Below, in pieces: positions 31,253-40,952 of a stretch of 41,714 nucleotides of DNA. This DNA comes from a plasmid. How positions within the stretch are numbered: position 1 is the first letter of the stretch; the number at the start of each line of letters is the position of its first letter. The DNA is taken from the NCBI RefSeq assembly GCF_055900595.2, contig NZ_JBVWEU010000004.1; one strand, given 5' to 3'. A program made the translations under genes and the position numbers. The notes beneath the pieces were generated by a model, which made no database searches, was not told the origin of the DNA, and worked only from the letters and a program-made list of their open reading frames with translations.

Positions 31253-32044
31253 CTAACCAAGGGCTTTGGATATTTTCAAGGCATCTGATAAAGACTTAAC
31301 ATCATGGGTGCGGAGATAATCTGCACCTTTTTTGTATGCATACATTTCTGCTGCAAGAGTTGGTGCTAAACGAGATTTCACATCGGTTCCAGTTATTTTA
31401 CCTAAGAATGATTTCCGTGACACTGCAATCATTACTTGCAAATTAAAAGCTTCTTGAATTTCAGGGAAACGCTTCAAAACAAGAATAGATGTTTCTGGAT
31501 TAGAGCCTAAAAAGAAGCCCATACCCGGATCAAGAATAATTCGTTCACGCTTTACACCAGCCTCAACTAAAGCAGCAATTCTTTCTTTAAAAAATTCCAT
31601 CATGGAAGTAAAAACCTCTTCCGGATTCGTTTCAACTTTAGTAGCTGCACCAATTCGCTGAACGGAGTGCATCAACACAAGTTTGCAATCTGACTTTGCC
31701 AAGCCTGAATAAATCTCAGGATAAGGAAAACCTTGAATATCATTAATAAAATCAACCTTTTGTTCTATGCAAAAACTCTGAACCTCAGGTTTAAATGTAT
31801 CAACAGAAATAGAAATGCCTTTTTCTTTTAAAGCCTTAATGACAGGTTTGAGTCTTTTGATTTCTTCCACAACGCCCACTTCAGTTGTATCAGGATTACT
31901 GGAAGCGGCTCCCAAATCAATCACATCTGCTCCATCTTCAACCAAATGCAGAGCATGCTCAATTGCCTTATCTGTATCTAAATAAAGTCCTCCATCGGAA
32001 AAACTATCGGTGGTTATATTTACGATTCCAAAAATCTTGCTCAT
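31253..32044 (-). CDS. sul3: Sulfonamide-resistant dihydropteroate synthase Sul3
   Basis: 263 aa, MSKIFGIVNITTDSFSDGG; low-GC context. Confidence 0.9.
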   Translation of the reverse strand: MSKIFGIVNITTDSFSDGGLYLDTDKAIEHALHLVEDGADVIDLGAASSNPDTTEVGVVEEIKRLKPVIKALKEKGISISVDTFKPEVQSFCIEQKVDFINDIQGFPYPEIYSGLAKSDCKLVLMHSVQRIGAATKVETNPEEVFTSMMEFFKERIAALVEAGVKRERIILDPGMGFFLGSNPETSILVLKRFPEIQEAFNLQVMIAVSRKSFLGKITGTDVKSRLAPTLAAEMYAYKKGADYLRTHDVKSLSDALKISKALG

Positions 32045-32795
32045 ATCATTTTGCTTTGATTACAAAAGTAGCATTTATCTTAATTGACTAATTATCACTT
32101 ACGCAAATTGACACATTTTCCCTATCTTTGCAGCCTAATTTTTTTGTTTTAATTCATTATGAAAACTGATAGGAACTGTCATTTCGAGTTTTTCGCGGTT
32201 TTGGGTCAAAATTCGGTTTTTTCCCCGAACTACGACTGTTTTCGCACCCCGAACAACTAATCCAATCAGAATTTTCCGGCAACGCCGACTCCAAGAAGTG
32301 TAATTCCAGTCTATTTCTGCCGTCAACCCCTGATTCGCGTTAATGCGACAAAGCTCAAACACATAACTCCCCCACGAAGCCATATAAACTCCGATTTCGA
32401 GGTGTTATCCTGTTCCGCATAAACTTCGTTTTTGGGTATTATACCTACACCAAAGCAAGAAGATTATGGGTCCAAACTTCATTTGTATATTTTGCAAACA
32501 AATATCTGCCTGTCATATCTGTCGGAGTGTGGTGATACTCCTTTGCATTAAAAATGCGCTGATAAAAGGTAGTTCAGCAAAAGGCGAAACGCCAATAAAT
32601 ATATCTATAACCGGTTTCGCCCGTTGATTGGGTATCGCCGTGCTTCCGATATGTTCAATGGCTACGGCATGAGAACCGAAAAAATGGAGCAATTTTATTT
32701 TCTCTTCTTCAAAATTCTTTGTCTAATCCGGGTTATATTCCATAATTTCAATTTTCATGATAGTTTCGTCCTTGCCTCAAAAACCATGTTTGGTA

Positions 32796-33659
32796 TTATA
32801 CTCCATATCTCTCCGGTGCAGGAATAGCCTTTTCTGATGCACGGCTAACAGCTTCCCATTCTTCCCAGGTAGCCATCCGTGCTTTTAAGGTATCCATCGC
32901 CAAATCGTATACCATGCTGCCAAGGATAAGCCTCAAAGGCGGATTATTGCTGGCTACTAATTTCATAAGGGCTTCCGCTGCCAAGGAAGGATCACTATCG
33001 ACCGAATCTTCGGAATACTGTTTCGCCAGCTCATCGCGCAGTGTACCGTATGAATCTAATGGATTGCTGTAACTCATCGAAGTGTATAAATCTGTCCAAT
33101 ATCCTCCTGGTTCCACCATAGTGAGTTTCACTCCGAAATGTTCCGCTTCTTTTGCTAAGGCTTCACTCATTCCTTCCAGCGCAAATTTACTTGCACTGTA
33201 AATACCAGACATCGGACCCGAGATAATAGCGCCAATGCTTGTAATCTGTATGATATGTCCAGAACGCTGCGACCTCAAATAGGGCATCACTGCCTGACAA
33301 ACCCAAAGAGCTCCAAAAAAGTTTGTGTCCATTAGTTTCCGAGCATCGGATTCGTTTAGTTCTTCAATCATACCCATAGTCATGATACCCGCATTATTAA
33401 CAACAATATCAAGCCTACCGAAATGTTTAACTGCTGTTTCAACCGTAGAAAAAACAGCCTCCCTATCTGTAACATCGAGGTTTAATGGCAGTAAGCTCTC
33501 TTGATATGTTTCTTCTAGCTTCGCCAAATTATCGATAGTCCTTGCAACTGCAACAACTTTATCCCCGGCTTTCAAGGCGGCGCATGTAAAAGCATAGCCA
33601 AGCCCCTTGCTTGCTCCGGTAATAAACCATACTCTTTTATTTTCGCTATTAGGTATCAT
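32796..33659 (-). CDS. Short-chain dehydrogenase/reductase (SDR) family oxidoreductase
   Basis: 287 aa; TGASKGLG Rossmann motif and YSASK catalytic motif. Confidence 0.8.
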   Translation of the reverse strand: MIPNSENKRVWFITGASKGLGYAFTCAALKAGDKVVAVARTIDNLAKLEETYQESLLPLNLDVTDREAVFSTVETAVKHFGRLDIVVNNAGIMTMGMIEELNESDARKLMDTNFFGALWVCQAVMPYLRSQRSGHIIQITSIGAIISGPMSGIYSASKFALEGMSEALAKEAEHFGVKLTMVEPGGYWTDLYTSMSYSNPLDSYGTLRDELAKQYSEDSVDSDPSLAAEALMKLVASNNPPLRLILGSMVYDLAMDTLKARMATWEEWEAVSRASEKAIPAPERYGV

Positions 33660-33804
33660 AGATATTCTCCTTTAGGCTATTATAGAAAGATTATTATAAG
33701 CGAAATTAATACCGTTAAACGCCATGAGCCCGACAATTTTGAGCACTTTGTTTTGTACTCCCAGAAGCTCACCACTACAAATTATCATCAACCCGGTCCT
33801 TTTT

Positions 33805-34064
33805 TCAGTCCACTTGCGGTTTCATTGTTACTTTGTCATAGCGTCGTGTCAGAATGCGGCAGAGAACAGCGTTTACTATCAACGCAACACCAGACCAGAA
33901 AAACCATGTATTAACACCTATAACCTCAACAACCGGACCTGCAACAAGTAAGCCTATCGGCATAGAAAGAGTCATGGCGGTCATCAAAAGGGAAAACACC
34001 TTGCCCATCATTTCAGGGGCAATGCTTTCTTGAACATAAGCCATAACAGGAACATTCATAAATG
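33805..34064 (-). pseudogene. mef(B): C-terminal fragment of an MFS efflux transporter, probably truncated mef(B), cut by IS26
   Basis: About 85 codons of transmembrane C-terminus ending at the IS26 inverted repeat. Confidence 0.6.
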
Positions 34065-34884
34065 GGCACTGTTGCAAAGTTAGCGATGAGGCAGCCTTTT
34101 GTCTTATTCAAAGGCCTTACATTTCAAAAACTCTGCTTACCAGGCGCATTTCGCCCAGGGGATCACCATAATAAAATGCTGAGGCCTGGCCTTTGCGTAG
34201 TGCACGCATCACCTCAATACCTTTGATGGTGGCGTAAGCCGTCTTCATGGATTTAAATCCCAGCGTGGCGCCGATTATCCGTTTCAGTTTGCCATGATCG
34301 CATTCAATCACGTTGTTCCGGTACTTAATCTGTCGGTGTTCAACGTCAGACGGGCACCGGCCTTCGCGTTTGAGCAGAGCAAGCGCGCGACCATAGGCGG
34401 GCGCTTTATCCGTGTTGATGAATCGCGGGATCTGCCACTTCTTCACGTTGTTGAGGATTTTACCCAGAAACCGGTATGCAGCTTTGCTGTTACGACGGGA
34501 GGAGAGATAAAAATCGACAGTGCGGCCCCGGCTGTCGACGGCCCGGTACAGATACGCCCAGCGGCCATTGACCTTCACGTAGGTTTCATCCATGTGCCAC
34601 GGGCAAAGATCGGAAGGGTTACGCCAGTACCAGCGCAGCCGTTTTTCCATTTCAGGCGCATAACGCTGAACCCAGCGGTAAATCGTGGAGTGATCGACAT
34701 TCACTCCGCGTTCAGCCAGCATCTCCTGCAGCTCACGGTAACTGATGCCGTATTTGCAGTACCAGCGTACGGCCCACAGAATGATGTCACGCTGAAAATG
34801 CCGGCCTTTGAATGGGTTCATGTGCAGCTCCATCAGCAAAAGGGGATGATAAGTTTATCACCACCGACTATTTGCAACAGTGCC
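34065..34884 (-). mobile_element. IS26 (820 bp)
   Basis: 14-bp terminal inverted repeats GGCACTGTTGCAAA; no 8-bp target duplication. Confidence 0.95.
34117..34821 (-). CDS. tnpA: IS26 transposase Tnp26
   Basis: 234 aa from MNPFKGRHFQRDIILWAVRWYCKYGISYRE. Confidence 0.95.
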   Translation of the reverse strand: MNPFKGRHFQRDIILWAVRWYCKYGISYRELQEMLAERGVNVDHSTIYRWVQRYAPEMEKRLRWYWRNPSDLCPWHMDETYVKVNGRWAYLYRAVDSRGRTVDFYLSSRRNSKAAYRFLGKILNNVKKWQIPRFINTDKAPAYGRALALLKREGRCPSDVEHRQIKYRNNVIECDHGKLKRIIGATLGFKSMKTAYATIKGIEVMRALRKGQASAFYYGDPLGEMRLVSRVFEM

Positions 34885-35916
34885 ATAACGACTGCGTTTG
34901 CGAATGATCCTGTGCCCCAGAAAGATAAAGCCGTCATTAACATGGGTGATTTTAGTCTTATCCATGTTCAGCCTGAGTTTCAGACTGCCTTCGAGCACAC
35001 CCCGACACTCCTCCCTGATGGCTTCCGCCTGTGCTTTGGTGCCTTTGACGATGGGGACAAAATCATCGGCATAGCGGCAGTACGCCACCGCGGGTTTCCA
35101 CTGCCAGTTTTCTCTGACCGCCGTACTTCGGCCCCGTTGGATACTGTTATTCCAGTACCACCGATCTTTTCTGGCTTTCCCGCTCAGGTAGCGCTCATGC
35201 AGGTATTGATCGAACTCATTCAGCATGATGTTCGATAATAGCGGCGATATAACACCGCCCTGTGGCACACCTTCACTGGCCGCCCGAAAGAGACCGACAT
35301 CGATATGTCCCGCCTTGATGGTTTTCCACAGCAGAGTCATGAAACGTGCGTCACTGATCCTGCGGCGTACAGCCTTCATCAGCAGTCGATGATGTACGGT
35401 GTCGAAGTAACTGGACAGGTCGCCTTCAATCACCCAGCGTCCCCGGGTTTCACCGCAGTCTGTGAGCTGTAATTTCACCGTGCGGATCGCGTGGTGGACA
35501 CTGCGCTCAGGCCGGAAGCCATATGAGAGCGTATGAAAATCACTCTCCCATATCGGCTCCATCGCCATCAGCATGGCCCGCTGAACAATACGATCCCGCA
35601 ACGCGGGGATACCCAGTGGTCGCAGTTTGCCGTTGCTTTTAGGGATGTAAACCCGTCTGGCGGGCAAGGGCTGGTAGTGGCCTGAGAGTAATTCATCCCT
35701 GAGGATTTGCAGCTCAACAGCCAGTCTGGCCTGTAGCATTGTTTTGTTCACGCCATCAACGCCGGGGGTATGCGCCCCCTTTGATGAAAGCGTGATCCGC
35801 GCCGCTTCAGCCAGCCATTCTGGTTGTGTTATCAGACGCAGCAGCCGTTGAATCCGTAGGGACGGATCGGTGGCTGCCCATGTGGCAAGCTTGCGTTGCA
35901 TTTCGCTGATTATCAA
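34885..35916 (-). pseudogene. Group II intron reverse transcriptase/maturase, C-terminally truncated by IS26
   Basis: RT domains 0-7 with YADD motif (CRYADDFV); the frame runs into the IS26 end. Confidence 0.8.
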
Positions 35917-36572
35917 AGGTCTTCACCTCGTTAGGTCAGTTAATTCACGTCGCAAACACATTCAAACTGCTTCCCTTCGCCATGTAATGGGCTTTCCCCA
36001 TCGCGGACTACTACGGAAGCTCCGCCAGCCAGCGCGTCATCGGAGCCATGCCCCCTTAACATCCGTCGCTGACCTTCCCCGGTTTACCTGCCTGGACTCA
36101 GGCATACTGAGGAGGCTGCCCGTCGCACTCTTTATCCTTGCTTGCCGCAAGTTGGCAGAAGTCAGCAACGCAAGCGTGATAGACGCTGCTGCCCCGGTGT
36201 TTCGCATACATGTCAAAACACCTTCGACCGGCAGTGCTTACGTATCACTGCCAGTTCCTCCTGCACGGCCTGTCAGATCACGTAGGCCGTGGTGACGTTT
36301 TCAACCCACAGAGGCGGATTAACGGGTTCATGTTCTTCAGCCTTTCAGTACTTAACCTTGAGGATCATCTCGGCTTAGTGATCTCGCCTCAATCCCCGTT
36401 GTCAGCGGGTTACATCACCCTGCGGGCATGCCGCAGGTCACTGCCGCTCAGGTTCTCCACCGTCACACCCGGTGGGATTGTTGGGTTTCTCATCGTGAGT
36501 TACCGGTTCAATATTCCAGACAGACTCGCGGTTCATTTAAGCATCCATGCCCGCCCTGAACTCCGGGCACAC
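34885..36572 (-). mobile_element. Group II intron, 5' end intact (GUGUG), 3' part removed by IS26
   Basis: Minus-strand sequence begins GTGTGCCCGGAG exactly where IS3-family orfB homology stops; about 656 nt of structured RNA, then the maturase ORF; ends abruptly at the IS26 IR. Confidence 0.7.
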
Positions 36573-36927
36573 TGTAGGTGATGTCGGTGACCCACACCTG
36601 ATTGGGCTTCACTACAGTAAATTCACGCCGCACGTGATTAGGCGCTATCAGTGACGGTCGTCCCCGGCTCCCGCGTGGCACTTTATAACCATGTATAGCC
36701 TGAATCCTGTTTTTCCTCATGATTTTGGCAACCCGGTTTCTGCTGCACACTTCGCCAATTTCGCGAAGATCGCCATGAACCCTGCGATAACCGTAAACTC
36801 CACCACTCAGCGTATAGGAGTCGCGGATGAGTTCCAGCAGTCGCTGGTTATCCTTTTCTCCGGCAGATACAGGGTTATGGAGCCAGACATAAAATCCGGC
36901 ACGGGCAACCTTAAGGACCCGACACAT
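36573..36927 (-). pseudogene. IS3-family transposase OrfB N-terminal fragment interrupted by group II intron insertion
   Basis: Frame matches IS3-family OrfB up to ...VWVTDITY, then reads into intron sequence. Confidence 0.75.
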
Positions 36928-36974
36928 TGTAACGATCGACCAGATTTCACGGTGATCGTTGATAAAGCGATACT

Positions 36975-37259
36975 TCAGTCGGGCTCCCTTGCAAAGTACC
37001 GCGCTGCCTTTTTCAGAATATCCCGCTCTTCCTCAGTGCGTTTAAGCTGTGCTTTCAGCCTGAGAATTTCTGTTCTGGCATCCAGTAAATCCTGTGCCTG
37101 CTGTCCACTGTTGTCAGGCTTAACAGCCCGGAGCCATTTATATAGGCTGTGCGCCGACACGCCGAGCCGTTCAGATACTTCAGCAATAGAATAGCCCCGC
37201 TCGGTGATCTGGCGGACGGCCTCTTCCTTAAATTCAGGGGTAAAACGTGATGTGCCCAT
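36975..37259 (-). CDS. IS3-family transposase OrfA (HTH)
   Basis: 94 aa, MGTSRFTPEFKEEAVRQITERGYSIAEVSERLGVS. Confidence 0.85.
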   Translation of the reverse strand: MGTSRFTPEFKEEAVRQITERGYSIAEVSERLGVSAHSLYKWLRAVKPDNSGQQAQDLLDARTEILRLKAQLKRTEEERDILKKAARYFAREPD

Positions 37260-37278
37260 AGACTCCTCCTATGCTCAA

Positions 37279-37358
37279 ACTATAGGGCAGATTTGTCTAC
37301 GGGCTCGGGGTCACTCCAACTATAGGGCAGATTTGTCTACGGGCTCGGGGTCACTCCA
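37279..37358. repeat. Perfect 40-bp tandem duplication between the IS3-family IR and orfA
   Basis: ACTATAGGGCAGATTTGTCTACGGGCTCGGGGTCACTCCA occurs twice back-to-back (37279-37318, 37319-37358). Confidence 0.9.
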
Positions 37359-37399
37359 TTAAGTGATAACAGGTGTCTGGAAATATAGGGGCAAATCCA

Positions 37400-37461
37400 G
37401 TCGGGAGGATGCGTGATCTGATCCTTCAACTCAGCAAAAGTTCGATTTATTCAACAAAGCC
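37400..37461 (-). mobile_element. IS903-family left-end fragment (62 bp), inverted relative to 11717-11981
   Basis: Reverse complement matches the first 62 bp of the IS903 copy, with one mismatch. Confidence 0.75.
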
Positions 37462-37502
37462 CATTCATGTCTGTCGTCTCCGTCACGGAAATTATTACGG
37501 GA

Positions 37503-37919
37503 TTATTTCACCCAGTCTTCCAGCACCAGGCCCGGGACCCGCGCAAACTCTCTCACATTGTTCGTCACCAGGATGGCGCCCGCCGCGATGGCGTGCCCGG
37601 CAATGGCCGTGTCATTCGGGCCGATCGGCGTCCCGGCTAGGCGCAGCGCCACCCGGATGTCCGTCGTGGCGTCCACCGCGGCGCGGTCCCAGGGCAGGAC
37701 GGCATCGAGGCGCGCGCAGAACGCGTCGACCAGCTGAATATGGCGCGGCGAGGCCTTCGGGCCGGTGGCGCCGAAGCGCATCTCGGCATATGTCACGGCC
37801 GAGACCACGATGCGATCACCGCGCAGCACCGCCTGCTCCAGGCGCTTCAGCACCGCTGCCGGCTGCTCGCGCATGATGAACGAGCAGATGTTAGTATCGA
37901 GCATCCAGGTTTTCTTCAT
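37503..37919 (-). CDS. vapC: VapC PIN-domain toxin
   Basis: 138 aa; PIN acidic residues (MLDTNI...); overlaps vapB by 4 bp. Confidence 0.85.
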   Translation of the reverse strand: MKKTWMLDTNICSFIMREQPAAVLKRLEQAVLRGDRIVVSAVTYAEMRFGATGPKASPRHIQLVDAFCARLDAVLPWDRAAVDATTDIRVALRLAGTPIGPNDTAIAGHAIAAGAILVTNNVREFARVPGLVLEDWVK

Positions 37920-38146
37920 GGCTCAAAACGTCCTTCATCGCTGACCACATCCTCACGCTCCGCCATAAAGTCCGGATCGGCCCTGTCCAGCTGCGCGAAC
38001 GAGCCCCAGGTCGGCCGGACGGGACGCAGAATGATGCTGTCCCCTTCCCGGACGATCTCCAGCTCGCTGACGCCGTCAAAATCCAGGTCCCGGGGCAGAC
38101 GGATGGCGCGGTTATTGCCGTTTTTAAATATCGAAACTGTGCGCAT
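37916..38146 (-). CDS. vapB: VapB antitoxin (AbrB/SpoVT family)
   Basis: 76 aa, MRTVSIFKNGNNRAIRLPRDL; closely resembles plasmid VagC/MvpT antitoxins as I recall them. Confidence 0.85.
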   Translation of the reverse strand: MRTVSIFKNGNNRAIRLPRDLDFDGVSELEIVREGDSIILRPVRPTWGSFAQLDRADPDFMAEREDVVSDEGRFEP

Positions 38147-38719
38147 GGTTTTTCCTCATATGCTGAGTGTGCCAGGGAGTATTCCCGCATAGGTGAAGTA
38201 TATGCCTGCAAGCCCGGCTTGTATAGGTGTTACATATGCAGATGGTAGGTATATGCGTATGCTTTGCCTATGCAGATGCCCGGCATATGGATATGTTACA
38301 CCTATGTTGGTTTCTCACTTTTCCCGCTCAGATCCGAAAAAAGGCAGTTCCGGATCTGATTCAGCCCCGCCGGCGCGCAGCGGCCCGGAAACACAAGATG
38401 TAGCGGTGTTTCCAGCTGTCAGTGACCATATATGTTGTGTCCCTCCCCTGCCCCGTGACCGGCCGCTCACCACCCTGAAAGGGCGCTGTGGTTATTCCGT
38501 GTGCGTGGTACACTTCCGGAAACTGTGGAATAACATAAAAGTCGGATCCGGCCAGAGCGGCCGTCAGGTAATTTAATTACGTTGTTATATGGCTGCTTAT
38601 TATTTTAGTATGTGAAAATCACTCTAGTGAAAGTCACTGTCACGACAGAGTGGCACTCATCTGACGATGATTGAGGTGTGGTAAAATTGCACGGCTAACT
38701 ATTCAACTGAGGAAAGGAC

Positions 38720-39070
38720 ATGTTTACTGCATTCAATGAGAGAAATGATTTCAGTTATGCTTTTGAAAAAATCCGTAATGCGATTTCCGCGCCAGGAGAA
38801 AATAATCTTTATGCTGCAACAGAATTAGGTCTTGGCATTCTGCTCCGTAAATACGAGCAGTTTCGCCAGGAACTGGATGCGGCCGGTGAGCTGGGAAACT
38901 GGGAATATGATCTCGATACCTACAATCACTGTATTGCGGTGCTGCAACGTTACTTCACCGGCAATCCATCCGGACTGACAGAACGTGATGCCCGGATTTA
39001 CAGCCATTACCTGCAGACTGAGCACAAAAGGTTTGTGAAACTGGCTGAAGAGCTGGCTGCCGGCCGCTGA
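38720..39070 (+). CDS. Hypothetical protein (116 aa), first gene of an uncharacterised operon
   Basis: Clean ORF; no recognisable motif; acidic, predicted soluble. Confidence 0.5.
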   Translation: MFTAFNERNDFSYAFEKIRNAISAPGENNLYAATELGLGILLRKYEQFRQELDAAGELGNWEYDLDTYNHCIAVLQRYFTGNPSGLTERDARIYSHYLQTEHKRFVKLAEELAAGR

Positions 39071-39120
39071 CTACGGACAGAGGGCGGGATTTCTCAGGAA
39101 TATAAAGGGGTAAATGATCA

Positions 39121-39864
39121 ATGACTGATATACAGGCCGCAACTGAGAGTATAGTTGCTGCGACATCCCATCCGGTTTCCGTACAGCTGATTAATCAAGG
39201 GGCGGGGATCTGGGGAAACGTGGCAACCGGGCTTATCACTGGCCTGCTTACTGGGGGTATAACACTCACTGGCATCTGGCTGACACATTATTTCACGCTT
39301 AAGCGTGAGAGACAGGCGTCAGAAGATAAAATGAAAAAGGAACTGCATTACATTGCCACCGAGTTGGTATTCATGCTTGAACGGTATGCTGAGGGTTGTT
39401 TCCGGGTTGTGACGGATGACGGCCAGGATGATGATGCCCCCCAGCCTGAGAGAAAAGCTGTCACGAATTACCCTGAACTGAATCTGATCGATGTCTCCGG
39501 TGACTGGCGGACTTTAGAGCCACGTCTTATGTATCGCATCCGTGAACTGCCGGTGCTCCAGGATGAGGCCCACAGGGCAATTGCATATGCCGCCGAATAC
39601 TCCGACCCTCCTTGGCATAAGGACTATTTCAGGGAACGGCAGTATCAGTTCACGCGCTTGGGCATCAACGCTGTCATTCTTGCCGTCCGTCTGCGCAAGG
39701 CAACCGGGATGCCCGAAACACGTCTTACAGGTCATGATGAATGGTCTGCAGTTTCCGTGTTTCGTAAAGTCTGGAGGCGCGAAAGAGCCCTGCGCGCTGC
39801 TGAAGCTACCCGCAACAGGGAGTGGAATCAATTAGTGATACCTGATGGAATGTCAAACCAATGA
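39121..39864 (+). CDS. Hypothetical membrane-anchored protein (247 aa)
   Basis: One predicted transmembrane helix (GNVATGLITGLLTGGITLTGIWLTHYF) followed by a charged domain; stop overlaps the recombinase start (ATGA). Confidence 0.55.
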   Translation: MTDIQAATESIVAATSHPVSVQLINQGAGIWGNVATGLITGLLTGGITLTGIWLTHYFTLKRERQASEDKMKKELHYIATELVFMLERYAEGCFRVVTDDGQDDDAPQPERKAVTNYPELNLIDVSGDWRTLEPRLMYRIRELPVLQDEAHRAIAYAAEYSDPPWHKDYFRERQYQFTRLGINAVILAVRLRKATGMPETRLTGHDEWSAVSVFRKVWRRERALRAAEATRNREWNQLVIPDGMSNQ

Positions 39865-40637
39865 GCGGCCTCTTATCATATTCTCACCCGCAGCAGCCGG
39901 CGCAAATGCCGGTGGCCATTGACTATCCCGCCGCGCTGGCCCTGCGCCAGATGGCGCTCGTTCAAGATGAACTACCGAAATACCTGCTGGCACCGGAAGT
40001 CAGCGCCCTGCTCCATTATGTGCCCGATTTGCACCGCAAGATGCTGCTGGCAACCCTCTGGAACACCGGCGCACGTATCAACGAGGCGCTGGCGCTGACC
40101 CGGGGGGATTTTTCGCTGGTGCCACCGTATCCGTTCGTGCAGCTGGCCACGCTTAAGCAGCGCACCGAAAAAGCGGCCAGGACAGCCGGCCGAGCTCCCG
40201 CCGGTAGCCAGGCTCATCGTCTGGTTCCGCTTTCCGATCACCACTACGTCAGCCAGCTGCAGATGATGGTGGCCACCCTGAAAATTCCGCTGGAAAGACG
40301 CAACAAGCGTACCGGCAGAACAGAGAAAGCCCGCATCTGGGACATCACCGACCGGACAGTACGGACCTGGATTGGCGAAGCGGTTGAAGCGGCCGCCGTC
40401 GACGGGGTGACATTCTCGGTGCCGGTCACCCCGCATACGTTCCGCCACTCCTACGCGATGCATATGCTGTATGCCGGCATACCACTGAAGGTTTTGCAGA
40501 GCCTGATGGGCCACAAATCGATTAGCTCGACGGAAGTCTATACGAAGGTGTTCGCACTTGATGTTGCTGCGCGGCATCGAGTTCAGTTTCAGATGCCCGA
40601 AGCGGATGCGGTAGCCATGCTGAAAGGGAATATTTAA
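39861..40637 (+). CDS. Tyrosine site-specific recombinase (Xer/ResD-like; possible plasmid multimer resolvase)
   Basis: 258 aa; conserved C-terminal catalytic region HTFRHSYAMHML ... LMGHKSISSTEVYTKV (R-H-R-Y family). Confidence 0.8.
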   Translation: MSGLLSYSHPQQPAQMPVAIDYPAALALRQMALVQDELPKYLLAPEVSALLHYVPDLHRKMLLATLWNTGARINEALALTRGDFSLVPPYPFVQLATLKQRTEKAARTAGRAPAGSQAHRLVPLSDHHYVSQLQMMVATLKIPLERRNKRTGRTEKARIWDITDRTVRTWIGEAVEAAAVDGVTFSVPVTPHTFRHSYAMHMLYAGIPLKVLQSLMGHKSISSTEVYTKVFALDVAARHRVQFQMPEADAVAMLKGNI

Positions 40638-40694
40638 GTACTTAGGAGAATGATGCTGGCGAACGTCCTGCTCGCCGGGGAGGTCTGTCAGACG

Positions 40695-40952
40695 TTATCT
40701 GGACCAGCTGACGGGAATATCTGCTCTGTATTCTTCATACTGCTCATAGATCGCATGCTGAAGCATCGTAATACGTTCTGACAACCTGTTGGCGTCCGAC
40801 ATATGCCGCCATTCCCCCTCAATAGTGGTTTTCTGTCCATCCGGGAGATTGAGCGTGATCAATACCTTTGTATCACGAATAATCACCCCGTCAGTGAAAG
40901 AATTAAGACCACTCCTTACGGTATTATCTATCTGTATAGTTTCAAGTTTCAT
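40695..40952 (-). CDS. Hypothetical small protein (85 aa)
   Basis: Strong Shine-Dalgarno (AGGAGGTAACAAG) 7 bp upstream of ATG; no recognisable domain. Confidence 0.45.
   Translation of the reverse strand: MKLETIQIDNTVRSGLNSFTDGVIIRDTKVLITLNLPDGQKTTIEGEWRHMSDANRLSERITMLQHAIYEQYEEYRADIPVSWSR

Larger units (their letters stand above)
36573..37399 (-). mobile_element. IS3-family insertion sequence, left part only (IR, orfA, 5' orfB)
   Basis: Terminal IR TGGATTTGCCCCTATATTTCCAGACACCTGTTATCACTTAA resembles IS2-type ends; orfA then orfB; orfB interrupted by the intron. Confidence 0.65.

Noticed and set aside
32135-32383. 82-aa minus-strand ORF between sul3 and the SDR gene
   Set aside because: No start context or motif I can support; may be a real small ORF of the sul3 region but the evidence is insufficient to call it.
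35870-36581. Plus-strand ORFs of 141 and 123 aa
   Set aside because: They sit on the antisense strand of the group II intron 5' RNA domains.
38193-38576. 127-aa plus-strand ORF between vapB and the unknown operon
   Set aside because: The start lies in the repeat cluster, the product is Cys/Tyr-rich and of low complexity, and no ribosome-binding site is evident; more likely regulatory DNA.
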